A DNA stretch of 64,000 nt from Octopus sinensis (GCF_006345805.1 NC_042997.1:8866001-8930000), one strand, 5' to 3'; counted from the first letter of the stretch, positions 25,350 through 39,314 are shown. Program-made: numbers and translations. Notes: generated by a model from the letters alone, not told the origin.

Positions 25350-25731
25350 AAATTCACTGTCCCCATTCAGTGAGTGAACTTTTGTTCAGAGAAGCAACTG
25401 TCTTTTTACAAACTCTATAGTCCAGTAGTATTTCTGCCATCTCTCTCCTGTGCAATGACATCATGCAACAGTGTCGCTGCCATATAAGTAGCGTTCTTCA
25501 TTTCCAATTTTCTGCGAAAATAGTTACAGAAAATCTATCTCATCCAATTCTGTCTGACCCACGCAAGCATGAAAAAAGTGCAGATAAAACAATAATGATT
25601 AAGATATATACATACACATATAACTGTGTGTATGAATACATATATATCTCTATATGCGTACATATATACATAATACATATATGTATATATATGTATACAT
25701 ATATGTGTATACATACACACATATATATATG

Positions 25732-25880
<149 letters not shown>

Positions 25881-27512
25881 TAATTTGTGTGTGGATATGT
25901 GAGTATATTTCTGTCTGTATTAGTGCACTGACATACACACACACTTACACTTTGTCTTGTTGAAACAATAGATTCTCATAGAGAAGAAATTACACTAGGT
26001 TTAGTTTCTGTCTTGACATTAGTTCTATTATCTGCAGGCAATATCTATCTAGATGTCATTTATCATTATTAATATAAATACCCTTTAGAAGCATTAGCAG
26101 ATAAACTAAAATATATGTGTTGTGATGATTCTGTTTTAAAATTCTGAATTACTTTTCTATTTCTTTTTTATCCCATTAGTAAAATACTTCTCTCTGTTTG
26201 TTTGTTTTTTTGGGTTTTTTTTTATCAAGAAACCAGTCTCCTGTTAAAGGAAGAATTCTAAATTTAGTTTTGTAATTATGTTGTTAGTATTGACAAATTC
26301 ATGCTATTAAATTCCCTATAATAACTATCTCTTTGCACCTAGACGGATTAAGTGTTCCAAAATACATATATAAACACGCACAGAGAAATACAGACACACA
26401 CACATATAGGGACACACATAATGCTGCAAAAAAAAAATAAAGAAGAATCAGAAAATCTTTTTTTAAAATATAAAATAAGAATAATGATTCAGACAAAAGA
26501 TGGAAAAAAAAAAAAAAATTTTTTTCAAACCAACGAAAAACTAAATAAAATTACAGAAAAAAATATGGTGAAAGATGATATCTGTTTACTCATATATATT
26601 TTTTAAAATGATCATACATTTGCTTTAACATATTGTTCCTAATATTTTATCTGTTTCATAATGTAATTTACTAAAAGATATTTTCTTTTTTCCCCCGCTA
26701 GTCTCATTATTTCTCAAACTAGCACTGATTCAGATTCCAGAGAAAATAAATGAACAGTTGTTATTTTCTTCAGTACAAATTCTCCAGTCACAATAATAGT
26801 TGGTTGAAGGTTATCCTCAATTGATTATTAAACTTTGGCTATGATGAGAGAGAAATAGTATGGAAATGAATTTAGAAATCTATATTATGATAACATTTGC
26901 TCTTATTTGTTTTCTTTCTTCTCTGCAGTTGCTCTTTCTTTTTTACTTTCTTTCTTTATACTTTCAACGCAAGTATTTTATGTGTGTGTGTGCATGTGTG
27001 TGTATGTGCGCGTGTGCTTGTATACATAAATGTATGTGTGTGTATATGTGCATTGGTCTTGTGTCTGTGTGTATACATATATAGCCATATACAACACATG
27101 CATTTATACATATACACATATGTATTCACATATATATAAATATGTATATATATATATATACACACACATATATGTATATGTATATAATATGTATATATAT
27201 ATATAATATATATATATATATTATAAACACATATATGCATATATACATATACATATGTATGTATGTATTTATACACACATATATATCTACACACATGTGT
27301 GCACACACACACACACACATCTGTATAACCATATATAAAAATGTCTCTAATGTTTTTCTTTTATATAAAAATGTGGGTAAAGTTAGATAGATAAAATTCC
27401 AGTTTTAAAACATTTCCAGACAAAAGTGTATTTATCAATGTATCAGTCGATCTGTTATTGTGAGAAAAGATGTTTAATACAACATACACGTGCAGAATTT
27501 ACATACATACAT

Positions 27513-27547
<35 letters not shown>

Positions 27548-27548
27548 T

Positions 27549-27580
<32 letters not shown>

Positions 27581-27612
27581 CATATATATATATATATTAT
27601 ATATATATATTC

Positions 27613-27644
<32 letters not shown>

Positions 27645-27662
27645 AATATTATATATATATAT

Positions 27663-27696
<34 letters not shown>

Positions 27697-27714
27697 ATAT
27701 ATATATAATTATTA

Positions 27715-27754
<40 letters not shown>

Positions 27755-27776
27755 TATATAATATATATATATATAG

Positions 27777-27816
<40 letters not shown>

Positions 27817-28784
27817 ATTAATACATACATACATATTTAGAATCATTTGCAGATACAGTCAGATTTTATATATTTGAATTTATTATTATTCATTACATAT
27901 ACACAAAGCAATGATATGAATACATATTGATATATGTGAATATAATGGACATATACATACATATGCACATATATCCATATTTACACACACACATTTATAT
28001 AGCTAAATAGGTATATGGATATATAGAGTGATAGATCGATTAAAGAGGGGGAGAGAGGGAGAGAGGGGGACGAAGAGAGGGAGAGAGAGATGTCAATATA
28101 CATATATATATATAAATTTAAATTTAAATTTTGGTTGTTTTTGCTGAATTTCCTTGAGAACATCTCTTGGTGGTAAGACCATAGCGGATCTATTTCCAGC
28201 ATAGGAGTGTCCACATAGTGGTTTCCCTCTCATACGTGTATATATATATGTATATATATATGTATATATATATATATCTCTTATTATAAAAGGCAGATTT
28301 TATCTGCCTCCCTTTGGGAGTTATAGAAATCTACAATATAGGATTTCTTCAATTACAATTTACCTAGCATTTTTAAGAGTACAATGCATCGCGTAATGCC
28401 AGGTCCAGTTTTTAAAATTTAAACTCCAATTAAGCAAAATTTACAGAAAACTCACATTCTGGTGTGTGTGTCAAATGCTTTTCTTAGTCTGGTTTACACC
28501 ACACGCAAACGCACACACACAGTGGGCAACGAATAAAATGAAAGTAATTCACTTACTGTAGTGAGTGATTCTTTCACTCTGCCTCCCACTTCCTCTTTCC
28601 ACACATAGACACGCAAATATATAAATAAAATTGTAAGCTAACGTGCGTGTGTGTGAGTGTGTGTGTGTGTGTGCGTGTGTGTGTGTGTGTGAGGGTGCGT
28701 GTGTGTGTGTGTGTGTGTGTGCGTGAGTGTGTGACAGGAAAGTTTTTTACGACGAATATAAGACCTATATCCAAGTAGCAGAAA

Positions 28785-29050
28785 GATAAGACAGTAAGGT
28801 GTGATTTGAGGGAGATTTGGCTGCTATTTCTACCATGTCTAGCTGCCATGTAGGGGTCTCCCTCATAGGCTCATACATACATATATACATAGATAAGACA
28901 GTAAGGTGTGATTTGGGGGAAATTTGGCCGCTATTTCTACCAGGTCTAGCTACCATGTAGAGGTCCCCCTCATTGGCTCATATATATATACATACATAAG
29001 ACAGTAAGGTGTGATTTGAGGGAGATTTGGCTGCTGTTTCTACCAGGTCT
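28785..29050. repeat. Tandem trimer of an about 105-bp unit
   Basis: (g)ataagacagtaaggtgtgatttg.gggag/aatttggc.gct.tttctacca at 28785, 28892 and 28996 (third partial). Confidence 0.9.
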
Positions 29051-29124
29051 GTTAGGCCTTCTCATGTAAACTCAAGCTTTCTCATGCCTTGAACATAAGA
29101 CCAAAGCAGAGAATGTATTCTTTT

Positions 29125-29340
29125 ATTCTTCTGCTTTTTCCAGCCATTGGTCTGTGGCCATGCTGGGGCAATGCCTCGAAGAATTGTAGTTTAATGAATC
29201 AACTCCAGTTTTATTTTTGTAAGCATTGTACTTATTCTATCTGTTTCCTTTGTCAAACCACTAGGTGACAGGGATGTAAACAAACCAACATTCGTTGTCA
29301 AGCAGTGGTGGAGGACAATCACAAGCCAGACACGCACACA
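29125..29340 (-). mobile_element. SINE family A, diverged 3' half
   Basis: ggccatgctggggca..tacttattctatc..gtaaacaaaccaaca..gttgtcaagc. Confidence 0.7.
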
Positions 29341-29411
29341 CACACCACATACATACACATATACACACATACCATACATATATACATTATATATGTGTGT
29401 GTATATATATA

Positions 29412-29669
29412 TTGCAGCGTGGAAGGTGTTTGTAAGCCATTTAGAAACACACAAAAACTGTTACATTCACTTCAACATTTAAATTTAATTTGCCAAAATA
29501 TTTTCGTCGCTTTGAGACCGCGACCTGTTCACTGACAAAAATATCGTGCTAACAGGTCGCGGTCTCAAAGCGACGAAAATATTTTGACAAATTAAATTTA
29601 AATGTTGAAGTGAATCTAACGGTTTTTGTGTGTTTCTTAAATGCCTTATAAACACCTTCAACGCTGCAA
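29412..29669. repeat. About 118-bp inverted repeat with 21-bp spacer
   Basis: Arms 29412-29529 and 29551-29669 are reverse complements with a few mismatches. Confidence 0.95.
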
Positions 29670-29825
29670 CTGTTTTCGTTCCAGCACACGATCTCAGATC
29701 AAGTCACTTGCTATGCAAGTACATCTCTGTAACTATATATATATTTATATATATATGTATATTGGTAAAAACAGTAAGATAACAAAAGAAAGAAAGAGAC
29801 CTCAATATTATGTAAATAGAGGAAA

Positions 29826-30209
29826 TCTTTATATATAAAAGTGAGGTTCTGTGTCTGTCTCCTACGATTTAGATTCCTAACTATCCCCACATTTTGCGGT
29901 GCAGTTTAACAAAAACCGGGTATCTTATAGTCGTGATTCATATCGAGCCCTTCTGGGTATTAGTGCACGTCTACGATTTAAAAAAAAAATTTACCATCAA
30001 TTTTTTCCATATTTAATCCATTTTTGACATATATAAGGGAAGTAACTCTCTAAAATTTATTATTAAATCTCAGAACGTAAAAAGCTACAGTAACACCCCT
30101 CCCCCTTTGTGGTTAGCCATATTGAGATGGCTATTATACTTTACATCTCTAAAAATGCTTATATAATTATTTCCCTTACAAACCCGAGCAACGCCGGCGA
30201 TACTGCTAG
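29826..30209 (+). mobile_element. Non-autonomous Helitron, complete
   Basis: A|TCtttatatataaaag at the 5' end; subterminal cccgagcaacgccggc and CTAG|T at the 3' end; A/T target, no TSD. Confidence 0.85.
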
Positions 30210-30259
30210 TATATATATATATATAATATATATATATATAAAAATATATATATATATAC

Positions 30260-30359
<100 letters not shown>

Positions 30360-30398
30360 ATATATATATATATATGTATATATATATGTATATATATG

Positions 30399-30460
<62 letters not shown>

Positions 30461-30461
<1 letters not shown>

Positions 30462-30640
30462 CGGGAAGCTTTATGAAAATAAACAAAAGACGAAGGCAGT
30501 GGAATACAAACAAACAATTGTATTAGTATGGCACTCAAGAATATAAATAAAACAAGTCTTTTACATTTCGAGCCTACGTTCTTCAACAGAAAGATACACA
30601 GAAAAGAAACACGGAGAGAACAAGGAGAGAAAAAAAATGC
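30461..30640 (-). mobile_element. Family H, copy 3
   Basis: Reverse complement tctttctgttgaagaacgtaggctcgaaatgtaaaaga at 30557-30594. Confidence 0.7.
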
Positions 30641-30649
30641 ATGCAGAAG

Positions 30650-30690
<41 letters not shown>

Positions 30691-30691
30691 T

Positions 30692-30738
<47 letters not shown>

Positions 30739-30769
30739 TATATATATATATATGTATATATATATATTC

Positions 30770-31005
30770 TCAGACCGGGCGTTGTGAGTGTTTATTGAGC
30801 GAAAACACCTAAAACCCCCACGAGGCTCCGGCAGGGGATGGTGGTGATCCCTGCTGTACTTTTTCACCACTCTTTCTCTCACTCTTTCTTCCGTTGGCCT
30901 GCTCGCTTAGCCAGCGGGTAGCATCATTCGAAGGCTAAAACAATGCGAATGCATTGTGACCAGCAATGTGTAACTACATCTGATGGACTGGTCGGTCACA
31001 TGATT

Positions 31006-31012
<7 letters not shown>
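30770..31012 (+). mobile_element. SINE family C, 5'-truncated, tail type 1
   Basis: cagaccgggcgttgtgagtgtttattgagcgaaaacacctaaa..gcattgtgaccagc..catctgatgg..gtgat. Confidence 0.85.
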
Positions 31013-31047
<35 letters not shown>

Positions 31048-32577
31048 TGTGTATATAAAATAGGTACATTATATACTTGCATGTCATAAGCATTGATGTT
31101 GGGAAGAGCACCTGGCTTTAAAAGAGTGCGACTAATTCCTGCATGTAAAAGTATGTGTAAACATGGTGGTGAGGAACATGATGGCAACAGTGATGACAAT
31201 GATAATGATAACACTGACATCAACAGAAATAAAAACAATGATAATGATGTTTGTATTAAGTTAAGCCAGAAGGTAGCATGAATTAAGTCAGAAGCTAAGT
31301 ATTGTATATCTTGTATACAAAGACCAGTCAGTAACAATGAAACACTAAGAACATCACAAAAGCCTTCTGCTAAATTACACATTTAAGTCATCATGTAATA
31401 ATTTTATGAAATGCTTATATACTATCTCTTTAAAAAATCATAGACATTCGCCGAGGCCAATTTTCTCAAAAGCAAGATGCTCACTACATTAAATATAGTA
31501 ATTTCAGTGATATATATATATAAGCATATTTAGTTTATTTTATGACACTTTATTTTAATTTTGGTCATAAAAATAAATCCTACAAGAAAAGAGGTGATTA
31601 GCAATGAAACTACTGTAAACTCGCAAATAAATCTTCATCAGTTTAGTAATACTCAAATAACTCTTACTTCCTTGTTTCCGGAATATGCTCTGTATTAAAA
31701 TTCAGTTTGTACAAAGTTGTTGCTTTGGCAAATAGCAACCACATATAATTAGAGAAAACACGGCAGAGTTTATGAAAATTATAAACTGTGTTAAGGGATT
31801 ACAGTAGTTTGATCTTAAAATTCTCGCAAAAAAAAAACTGGACTCAATCAACAAAGCTATAAAACTGGCGAGTCAATCATATGCTGTTAAATTAACTAGG
31901 TGGCTGACAGAGAAGTTTAATGGCTCACAGGTTCGGTTTTAAATGTAATTATAGTTTGAATTAGATTTTATGTTGTTTAATCTAGTATTCAAAAGCAAAT
32001 ACATTACATTAAAAATAAAAAAAATAAAAACATGCATATGAGATAGGATAAGAATGTGAGAAATCTGTTAAATTAAAACTCAGATTCCTTCATCAATAAC
32101 TGGTGTCATTAATAAGCACTGTACAGTTTCATATATATAATCTTTATATTTATATCTGTCACAGAGTTATGGCTACAGAGGACTTGAACTCAACATCAGA
32201 AGCTAATAAAATACATACCATTGCTTTTAAAGTAGAGCTAGTGATTATACTTCTGAATTCTGCCTACTAAGCAACAACCATAGTCAACTATGTTGCTCAG
32301 AAACACACATATATAATGAAAGACTTTAACTAAATTAAGCCAGCATAAATATATCTTTAGGACAAATTAGTTTGATGGCATAAACAATTAATTACTGAGT
32401 TCAGTATTCGATTTCATACTTGTAGCTTCTAAATACAAATCCACTTTACTACTCTAGTTGTTAGAACAGAAGACAAAATAGCCCGTTATTTGTTCTGGTT
32501 CTCTTTGTTCTGAGTTCAAATCTTACCTTGATAATTTTTGTCATTCATCCTTTTCAGATCAAAAACAAATAAATATA

Positions 32578-32976
32578 GGCACAGGAGTGGCTGTGAGGTA
32601 AGTAGCTTGTTAACCAACCACATGGTTCCGGGTTCAGTCCCACTGCGTGGCATCTTGGGCAAGTGTTTTCTGTTATAGCCTCGGGCCAACCAAAGCCTTG
32701 TGAGTGGATTTGGTAGACGGAAACCGAAAGAAGCCTGTCGTATATATGTATATATATATGTATGTGTGTGTATATGTTTGTGTGTCTGTGTTTGTCCCCC
32801 TAGCATTGCTTGACAACCGATGCTGGTGTGTTTACGTCCCCGTCACTTAGTGGTTCAGCAAAAGAGATAGAATAAGTACTGGGCTTACAAAGAATAGGTC
32901 CCAAGGTCGATTTGCTCGACTAAAGGCAGTGCTCCAGCATGGCCGCAGTCAAATGACTGAAACAAGCAAAAGAGTA
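32578..32976 (+). mobile_element. SINE family A, full length
   Basis: All head, CORE-like, body and tail motifs present. Confidence 0.9.
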
Positions 32977-34019
32977 AGTTATCAACACAGAACAGCAGAC
33001 TGATAGAATTATAAGGACATCAAATAGGAATGCCTTATATTATTATTCCTGTACTTTCCATTCTAAGTATTTGAGTGGTAGACTTAGTCAAATTGCTTAG
33101 CTTAAACCCAGCAGTTGGTTCTTAGGTGCTTTTATAAAAGGTCACTTGGATGCAATTATTTAGATCAGGTATCTGGTTTTGGGATAACTTCTTCCCCTCA
33201 GTCTCAGATGCTTCTGAAAAATAAAAGATCATTCACTTTTTAAAATTAGGAATCCTGTTGAATATCACATCAAATTCTTCACTAAGTGAATTAGAGTCAA
33301 CCAACAGCACTTACGCATACACATATATGTATGTATGTATGTATTCATAATGTGTGTGCATGTATGTGTGTCTGTGTGTGCATGCATGCATGTGTGTGTG
33401 TGTATGTGTGTGTTGGCAGAGTCATGAAATAATCAGCCCTGTAACTATTTTATTTTATTTTTTATTTTTTAGAAAATTCTCTTCTGTGTTCAAAACAATC
33501 AAACTTAGCATTCTGTAAATAAACTTGAGGTTTTAATGCAACATTTAGGGTTAAGATTAAATAGTAAAGAGCTAAGTGAAAAAATTGAATTTGTGACTGG
33601 TTTTTTTTTACCATGCTTTTAGGAATCATAATTGCCAATTTTAAAGCATAGAGCCAAAAACAAAAACATATTTTAAATGAAGTGCAAAACAGTTACAGTG
33701 AAGATTGTATGCTTTCCATCCTTAAGGTTTTTTTAATCTACTTGCAAAATTTTCATTTAAAGCTTCAATTTGCTTTATTTCTTTTTTTTAATTATGTTCC
33801 TCTGTTCATGAAATGGATCTGGCAAATCTGTGATAACCAGTGAAATTTTGTTTGTGTAAAATTGGGAGACCTTTATTTTCCTTCCATTTTTTAATGGTTT
33901 TTTGTTGCATATCCAATATAGAGTGAATTCATGTAGCTATATTTATTTCATGTATTAAAATATTAATAAACCAAAGCAATGTCAGGCACGGCAGTTAGGA
34001 TATATATATATATATATAT

Positions 34020-34021
34020 AA

Positions 34022-34057
<36 letters not shown>

Positions 34058-34545
34058 TATTATTGTCATCGTTTAAAATCTGCTTTCCATGCTGGAATGG
34101 GTTGGACGGTTTGACCAAGGGCTGACAAGCCAAAAGGCTGCACCAGGCTCCAACCTGATCTAGCAAAGTTTCTGCAGCTAGATGCCCTTCCTAAAGCCAA
34201 CCTCTCTGAGAATGTAGTGGATGCTTTTTACATGCCACCAGTATGATGGTCAGTCAGGCGGTACCGGCATCATCCATACTTGAATGGAGCTTTTTACATG
34301 CCATCAGCACAGGAGCCAGTCAAGTGACACTTGTATCAACCACACTCGAATGGTGCTTTTTACATGCCACTGGTACAGGAGCCAGTCAGGCAGCACTGGC
34401 ATAGGCCATGGTTACAGTCTCACTCGGCTTGCTGGGTCTTCCCAAGCACAGTATATCTCCAAAGGTCTTGGTCACTCGTCATTGCCTCTGTGAGGCCTAA
34501 CATTCTATGGTCATGCTTCACCACCTCATCCCAAGTCTTCTTGCA
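34020..34545 (-). mobile_element. RTE LINE 3' end
   Basis: KKTWDEVVKHDHRMLGLTEAMTSDQDLWRYTVLGKT, 3' UTR modules and (GAT)n tail at 34020-34070. Confidence 0.85.
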
Positions 34546-35334
34546 CACCTCTACACAACTACACACACACCAAGTAACCACATGTACCCCATACCACCAC
34601 ATACACATTTACCTTTCCCTTATACCCACCTCTATACACAGATACACTCCATTGCATGCACACACCTCATCTTTTCTTCTTCCCTTCTTAAGTCTAACCA
34701 ATAGAATTGCATTTCTACCTCACTCTTAATTCTTTTTTTAACAATCTTCTTTTCTCTTTCTTTTTATTCTTCCCACCAACTTTTCTTATTCTTCTATTTT
34801 TCCTGACGAAGGGCCAATGTTCAACATGTCAAAACGCTTTCCATTTTTTTGAAGCATTAGACTATCACATTTGTTAAAACTTGTCACTACAATGTTGTTT
34901 TCTTTTATGCACGTTGCCTTACAAGCTACACACACACACACACACACACACATGCATATTCTTTGATGAATGGACAATGGATATTTGATAAGGTCCATTT
35001 GCATTCATTGACCTCTTAGGTCAACTTTCGCTTTTCAGATTTCATCTTTCAGAATTTAAGTAAAACATCCGTCAAGTCAGTGGCTCCATATGGCTCCAGT
35101 CCAACTAAAACCAGTAAAATAATAAATTGATATACATATATTTTATAAGTAAATATGTCTACATATGTATGCATATGTTTATGCATATATGTGTGTGTGT
35201 GTGCATGCACTCACACAAATATGCATGTTCATAGATACATGCATGCACATACACACACATCTACATATATACATATACATGTGTGTATGTATATACATAT
35301 ATGTGTGTGTCTGTCTGCCTGTATATATTCTTTT

Positions 35335-35510
35335 ATTATTTTATTTGTTTCAGTCATTTAGTTGAGCAAATCGACCACAGGACTTACTCTTTATAAGCCT
35401 AGTACTTATTCTATTGGCTTCTTTTGCTGAACCACTAAGTTACGGGGATGTAAACACACCAGCATCAGTTGTCAAGCAATGTTGCGGGGGACAAACACAG
35501 ATACAAACAT

Positions 35511-35553
<43 letters not shown>

Positions 35554-35695
35554 GCTTCTTTCAGTTTCTATCTACCAAATCCACTCACAAGCCTTTGGTC
35601 AGCCTAAGGCTATAGTAGAAGGTGCCATGCAGTGGGACTGAACCCAGAACCATGTGGTTGGTAAGCAAACTACTTACTACACAGACACTCCTGCA
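35335..35695 (-). mobile_element. SINE family A
   Basis: Collinear with other copies; small internal deletions. Confidence 0.85.
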
Positions 35696-37098
35696 TATAT
35701 ATATATATTCAATACTTCTTACTTCTCATGTGATGTTAGGTATCTATATGTGAATCGACCTAAAGTCCTTGTTTTGTATCAATGTGCCATAAAGAAATAT
35801 TTGTTAGGTTAAATCACATGAATGGTGAATGGAAATAAAACATTTTCCTAGCTAGTGAAAGCACTGCTAGGTATAGGTTAAACCAAAGTGAGACTGCCAA
35901 AATTAGATGACCCTTTCCTTTAGAAAAAATATATCAGGATATGATCAATATGTTAAGCTGCTGTCATGTCCTTTATATGTTTAAGAATATGAGTCTTTGA
36001 TACATAGAACTAAACACTATTTCCAATTGGCTCAAAACCAAAAATAAATAAATAAACAAACAAAATAAATAAATAAATAAATAAATAGATGGAATTCAAA
36101 AGCGAGAAGAAAACAGGAACATTGGAAGAAAAGAAAGTAAGGAAACATGACTCTCTACTTCAGTTTGCTGATGTTAACTTAAGGTAACAATGCCAAATGT
36201 AGATTTATGTGCAGAACAGTGGTTTCTTTTTAATATTTATGCAGTAGCATATTAACTCTATTAAAGATTGATTTTGTAAAATAATCTTAGTGAAATCTAA
36301 CACCAATGAAGATAATGATAAAATTACACTTTTACTGTGAAGATACTCAAAGTAGTATGAAGTACGGATGATACCTGGCTGGAAACATATATCTCTCATC
36401 TAATTGCTACAAGAGAAGCAATTTCAATTGTATTATTAAGAATATGTCTATCTAAATGTTTTGGCAATTTTCCAGAATAAATGAGTTTCAGAGTTTTTGC
36501 AATGAATTCTCCAGCATCTTCTATTCAGTAGAGAATCACTTAACCAATAACAAGTATTCTTTTGTTTCCTATTTATTTTTTATTTATCCCTTGTAGAACT
36601 CCAGAGCACAAATACAGACTCAGTGTTTGATTTGTGAAAACAAAATTACTTTTTGAATAATATATAAGTTCTGTTGGCACTAGCCATATCAGTCTTCTAT
36701 GAAGAAATCTTAGTCTAACAGGTTTTAAAGAGGGCATCATTTGAAAAGCAATAAATCTAACATACCATCAATTTTCCTTATCAATTCAATGCAAAACAGA
36801 GTCACTTGATATTTTATGATCTATGAACAAAATATTAAAAAGGTACATAATCTGATTATTGAATTGGCGTTTAAATTTATGTATGCTGTGAATATGTTAA
36901 CTAATTATTTTAGATTTAAACATGAAGGTGAAACCACTGGGAATATATGTATACATGTATGTGAGTGGGCATGTGTACATATATACATATATAAATACAC
37001 AAAATATGATGACAATGACACACACACATATATATATATATATGTGTGTGTGTGCGTGTGTTTGTATATGTATGTATTTGTATATATATATATATATA

Positions 37099-37506
37099 GG
37101 CATAGGAGTAGCTGTGTGGTAAGTAGCTTGCTTACAAACCACATAGTTCCAGGTTCAGTGCCACTGCATGGCACCTTGAGCAAGTGTCTTCTACTATAGC
37201 CTAGGGCCAACCAAAGCATTGTGAGTGGATTTGGTAGATGGGAACTGAAAGAAGCTCATCGTATATATGTATTTATGTATGTATGTGTGTGTATATGTTT
37301 GTGTGTCTGTGTTTGTCCCTGCTAACATCGCTTGACAACCGATGCTGGTGTCTTTCCGTCCCCATAACTTAGTGGTTTGGCAAAAGAGACCGATAGAATA
37401 AGTACTAGACTTACAAAAAATAAGTCCTGAGGTCGATTTGCTTGACTAAAGATGGTGCTCCAGCATGCCACAGTCAAATGACTGAAACAAGTAAAAGAGT
37501 AAAGAG
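37099..37506 (+). mobile_element. SINE family A, full length
   Basis: Collinear with 10191-10600. Confidence 0.9.
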
Positions 37507-37823
37507 TATATATATATATATAAATCCTTAAATCCTTAAAAATGCTTCAGCCCAAAGGCTGTGGCCATGCTGGGGTACCGCCGTTGAATGAGTTACACTA
37601 GTATGTGAAACCACATATATATATATATTATATATATATATACTTAATAATTAGGGTTCAGCAAAGATTTGCTTTACCATATACCGAAGTTTAGAAATAG
37701 CAGTCAAAAACCTTAGCTATTTCTTCTACTTTAAAAAGGGACTCCCAGAGAAACCAAAATACTTGAAAACAATCCACACAGGCAGAGAGGAAAAGTAACA
37801 AAAATCAATCAATATCTGGTCAT

Positions 37824-37904
37824 CCATGGACACGCGTTTCGGAATTAGATCGGTATAAAGAATATAGAATTATACTTTACCAACCATTTTCCTCATCAGC
37901 ATGG
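37824..37904 (-). ncRNA. Minimal type I hammerhead ribozyme, canonical core
   Basis: Reverse complement: ccatg-CTGATGA-ggaa(long loop)ttcc-GAAA-c-gcgt-GTC-catgg; palindromic stem III ACGCGT; predicted cleavage between 37829 and 37828. Confidence 0.88.
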
Positions 37905-38294
37905 CACTCCAGCAATAATTAAATATTGAAGGCACTGGAATAATTGAACATATCTCTCCACCTAACGGTATCAGACAGGTCATATTCAGTGTTAGTACCG
38001 CTGAATTTAAAATATGAATGAGGTTCATTTACCCTTCCCCTGCTCATCCACGTGTGTCTTCAAGTAAAATGCTACAGAAAAAAACTTGCAGTTTGTTATC
38101 AGGGAGAAAATTCTATTATCAATAATAACAAAGGGTAAAATTGAGGTAAATTGTCAAATGGTGATGGGGGACAAATGTATATCATCATCATCATTTAACG
38201 TCTGTTGTCCATGCTGGCATTGGGTGGATGGTGTAACCAGTGTTGGTAAGCTGGCGAATCTGGTGATGATGATGATACATACACACACACACAT

Positions 38295-38520
38295 ATGGGT
38301 GCAGGGGTGGCGGTGTGGTAAGTAGCTGGCTTATGAACCACTTGGTTCTGAGTTCAGTCCCACTGTGTGGCACCTTGAGCAAGTGCCGTCTACTATAGCC
38401 TCAGGCCGACCAAAGTTCTGTGACTGGATTTGGTAGATGGAAAGTGAAAGAAGCCCATTGTATATCTATGTGTGTGTGTGTGTGTATGTGTGTGTGTGTG
38501 TGTGTGTGTGCGTGCGTGTG
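38295..38520 (+). mobile_element. SINE family A, 5' half
   Basis: ggggtggcggtgtggtaagtagc..ctgagttcagtccc..accttgagcaagtg. Confidence 0.8.
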
Positions 38521-38639
38521 TTTACTTGTCCGTAAAGACACACCCGATGGTTATGATGTTAGTATGGGAAGTTCTGATTCAGATGTTACAATGGGAAGTT
38601 CTGATGATGGGTTGCTGAGTACAGGGGCCTCCTCTAGTT

Positions 38640-39200
38640 AAAATCCATGTTCTCAGTTACCACTGTTGAGTTTGTTGGTGGAGTTCCTTTGAGAGAGAAG
38701 TATGCTTGGATATTTACAAGTTGAACTTTTTTGCATGCTGGCAAGGGGAAAGTATTTCCTTTCTTGAATTCAGGATATTAGTTAGAGCCAGAGTGTTCGA
38801 TTTTTCTGGCACATACAAATGGCATATTGTGCTCCATGCATTATAGACTCTTGCTTTTAATACAACAATCCTCTTAACAATTGTGTTGTTGATATCATTA
38901 TCCTTCAGGTCCAGATATATTTTGATAGTGATGTAGAATTCCTCATATTTCTGTTTCACACTGTGTAATGTTATTGCATGAAGTGAGTCTTAAAAGTGTT
39001 TTATGTAAGCCTGATATATGATATTTTCGATCACTCCACTGTTGTGAACATTTACTTTATATACATGCCCTTTAGAAAGGCATTTTCCCATTGGACATTG
39101 TGACCTGTTCTTAATTAGATTACATTTAAATTGTTAGTTCATGCATTTCTTTGTTATGGTTCCATATCTGTGACTCTATATATCAGCTATAACTAGCTTT
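38640..39200 (-). mobile_element. Penelope-like element, GIY-YIG endonuclease relic
   Basis: CN..CPMGKCLSKGHVYKVNV..YIRLT, then IYLDLKDN..VLKARVYN..CHLYVPEK..LNSRKEILSPCQHAKKFNL*, the typical PLE C-terminus. Confidence 0.8.
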
Positions 39201-39314
39201 AACTGTATTCTTGCTGAATATTTTGTTATATCTATCTAAGTTTGGTTTTACTAGCATGGGTTAGACATGCAAATTATTGAGCTACATTTTTCACATCCAG
39301 ATTCTCTTCTTATC

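Noticed and set aside
34803-34845. CTGACGA...aaaacg as a hammerhead
   Set aside because: The GAAA is mutated and stems I and III cannot be formed; at best a dead remnant.
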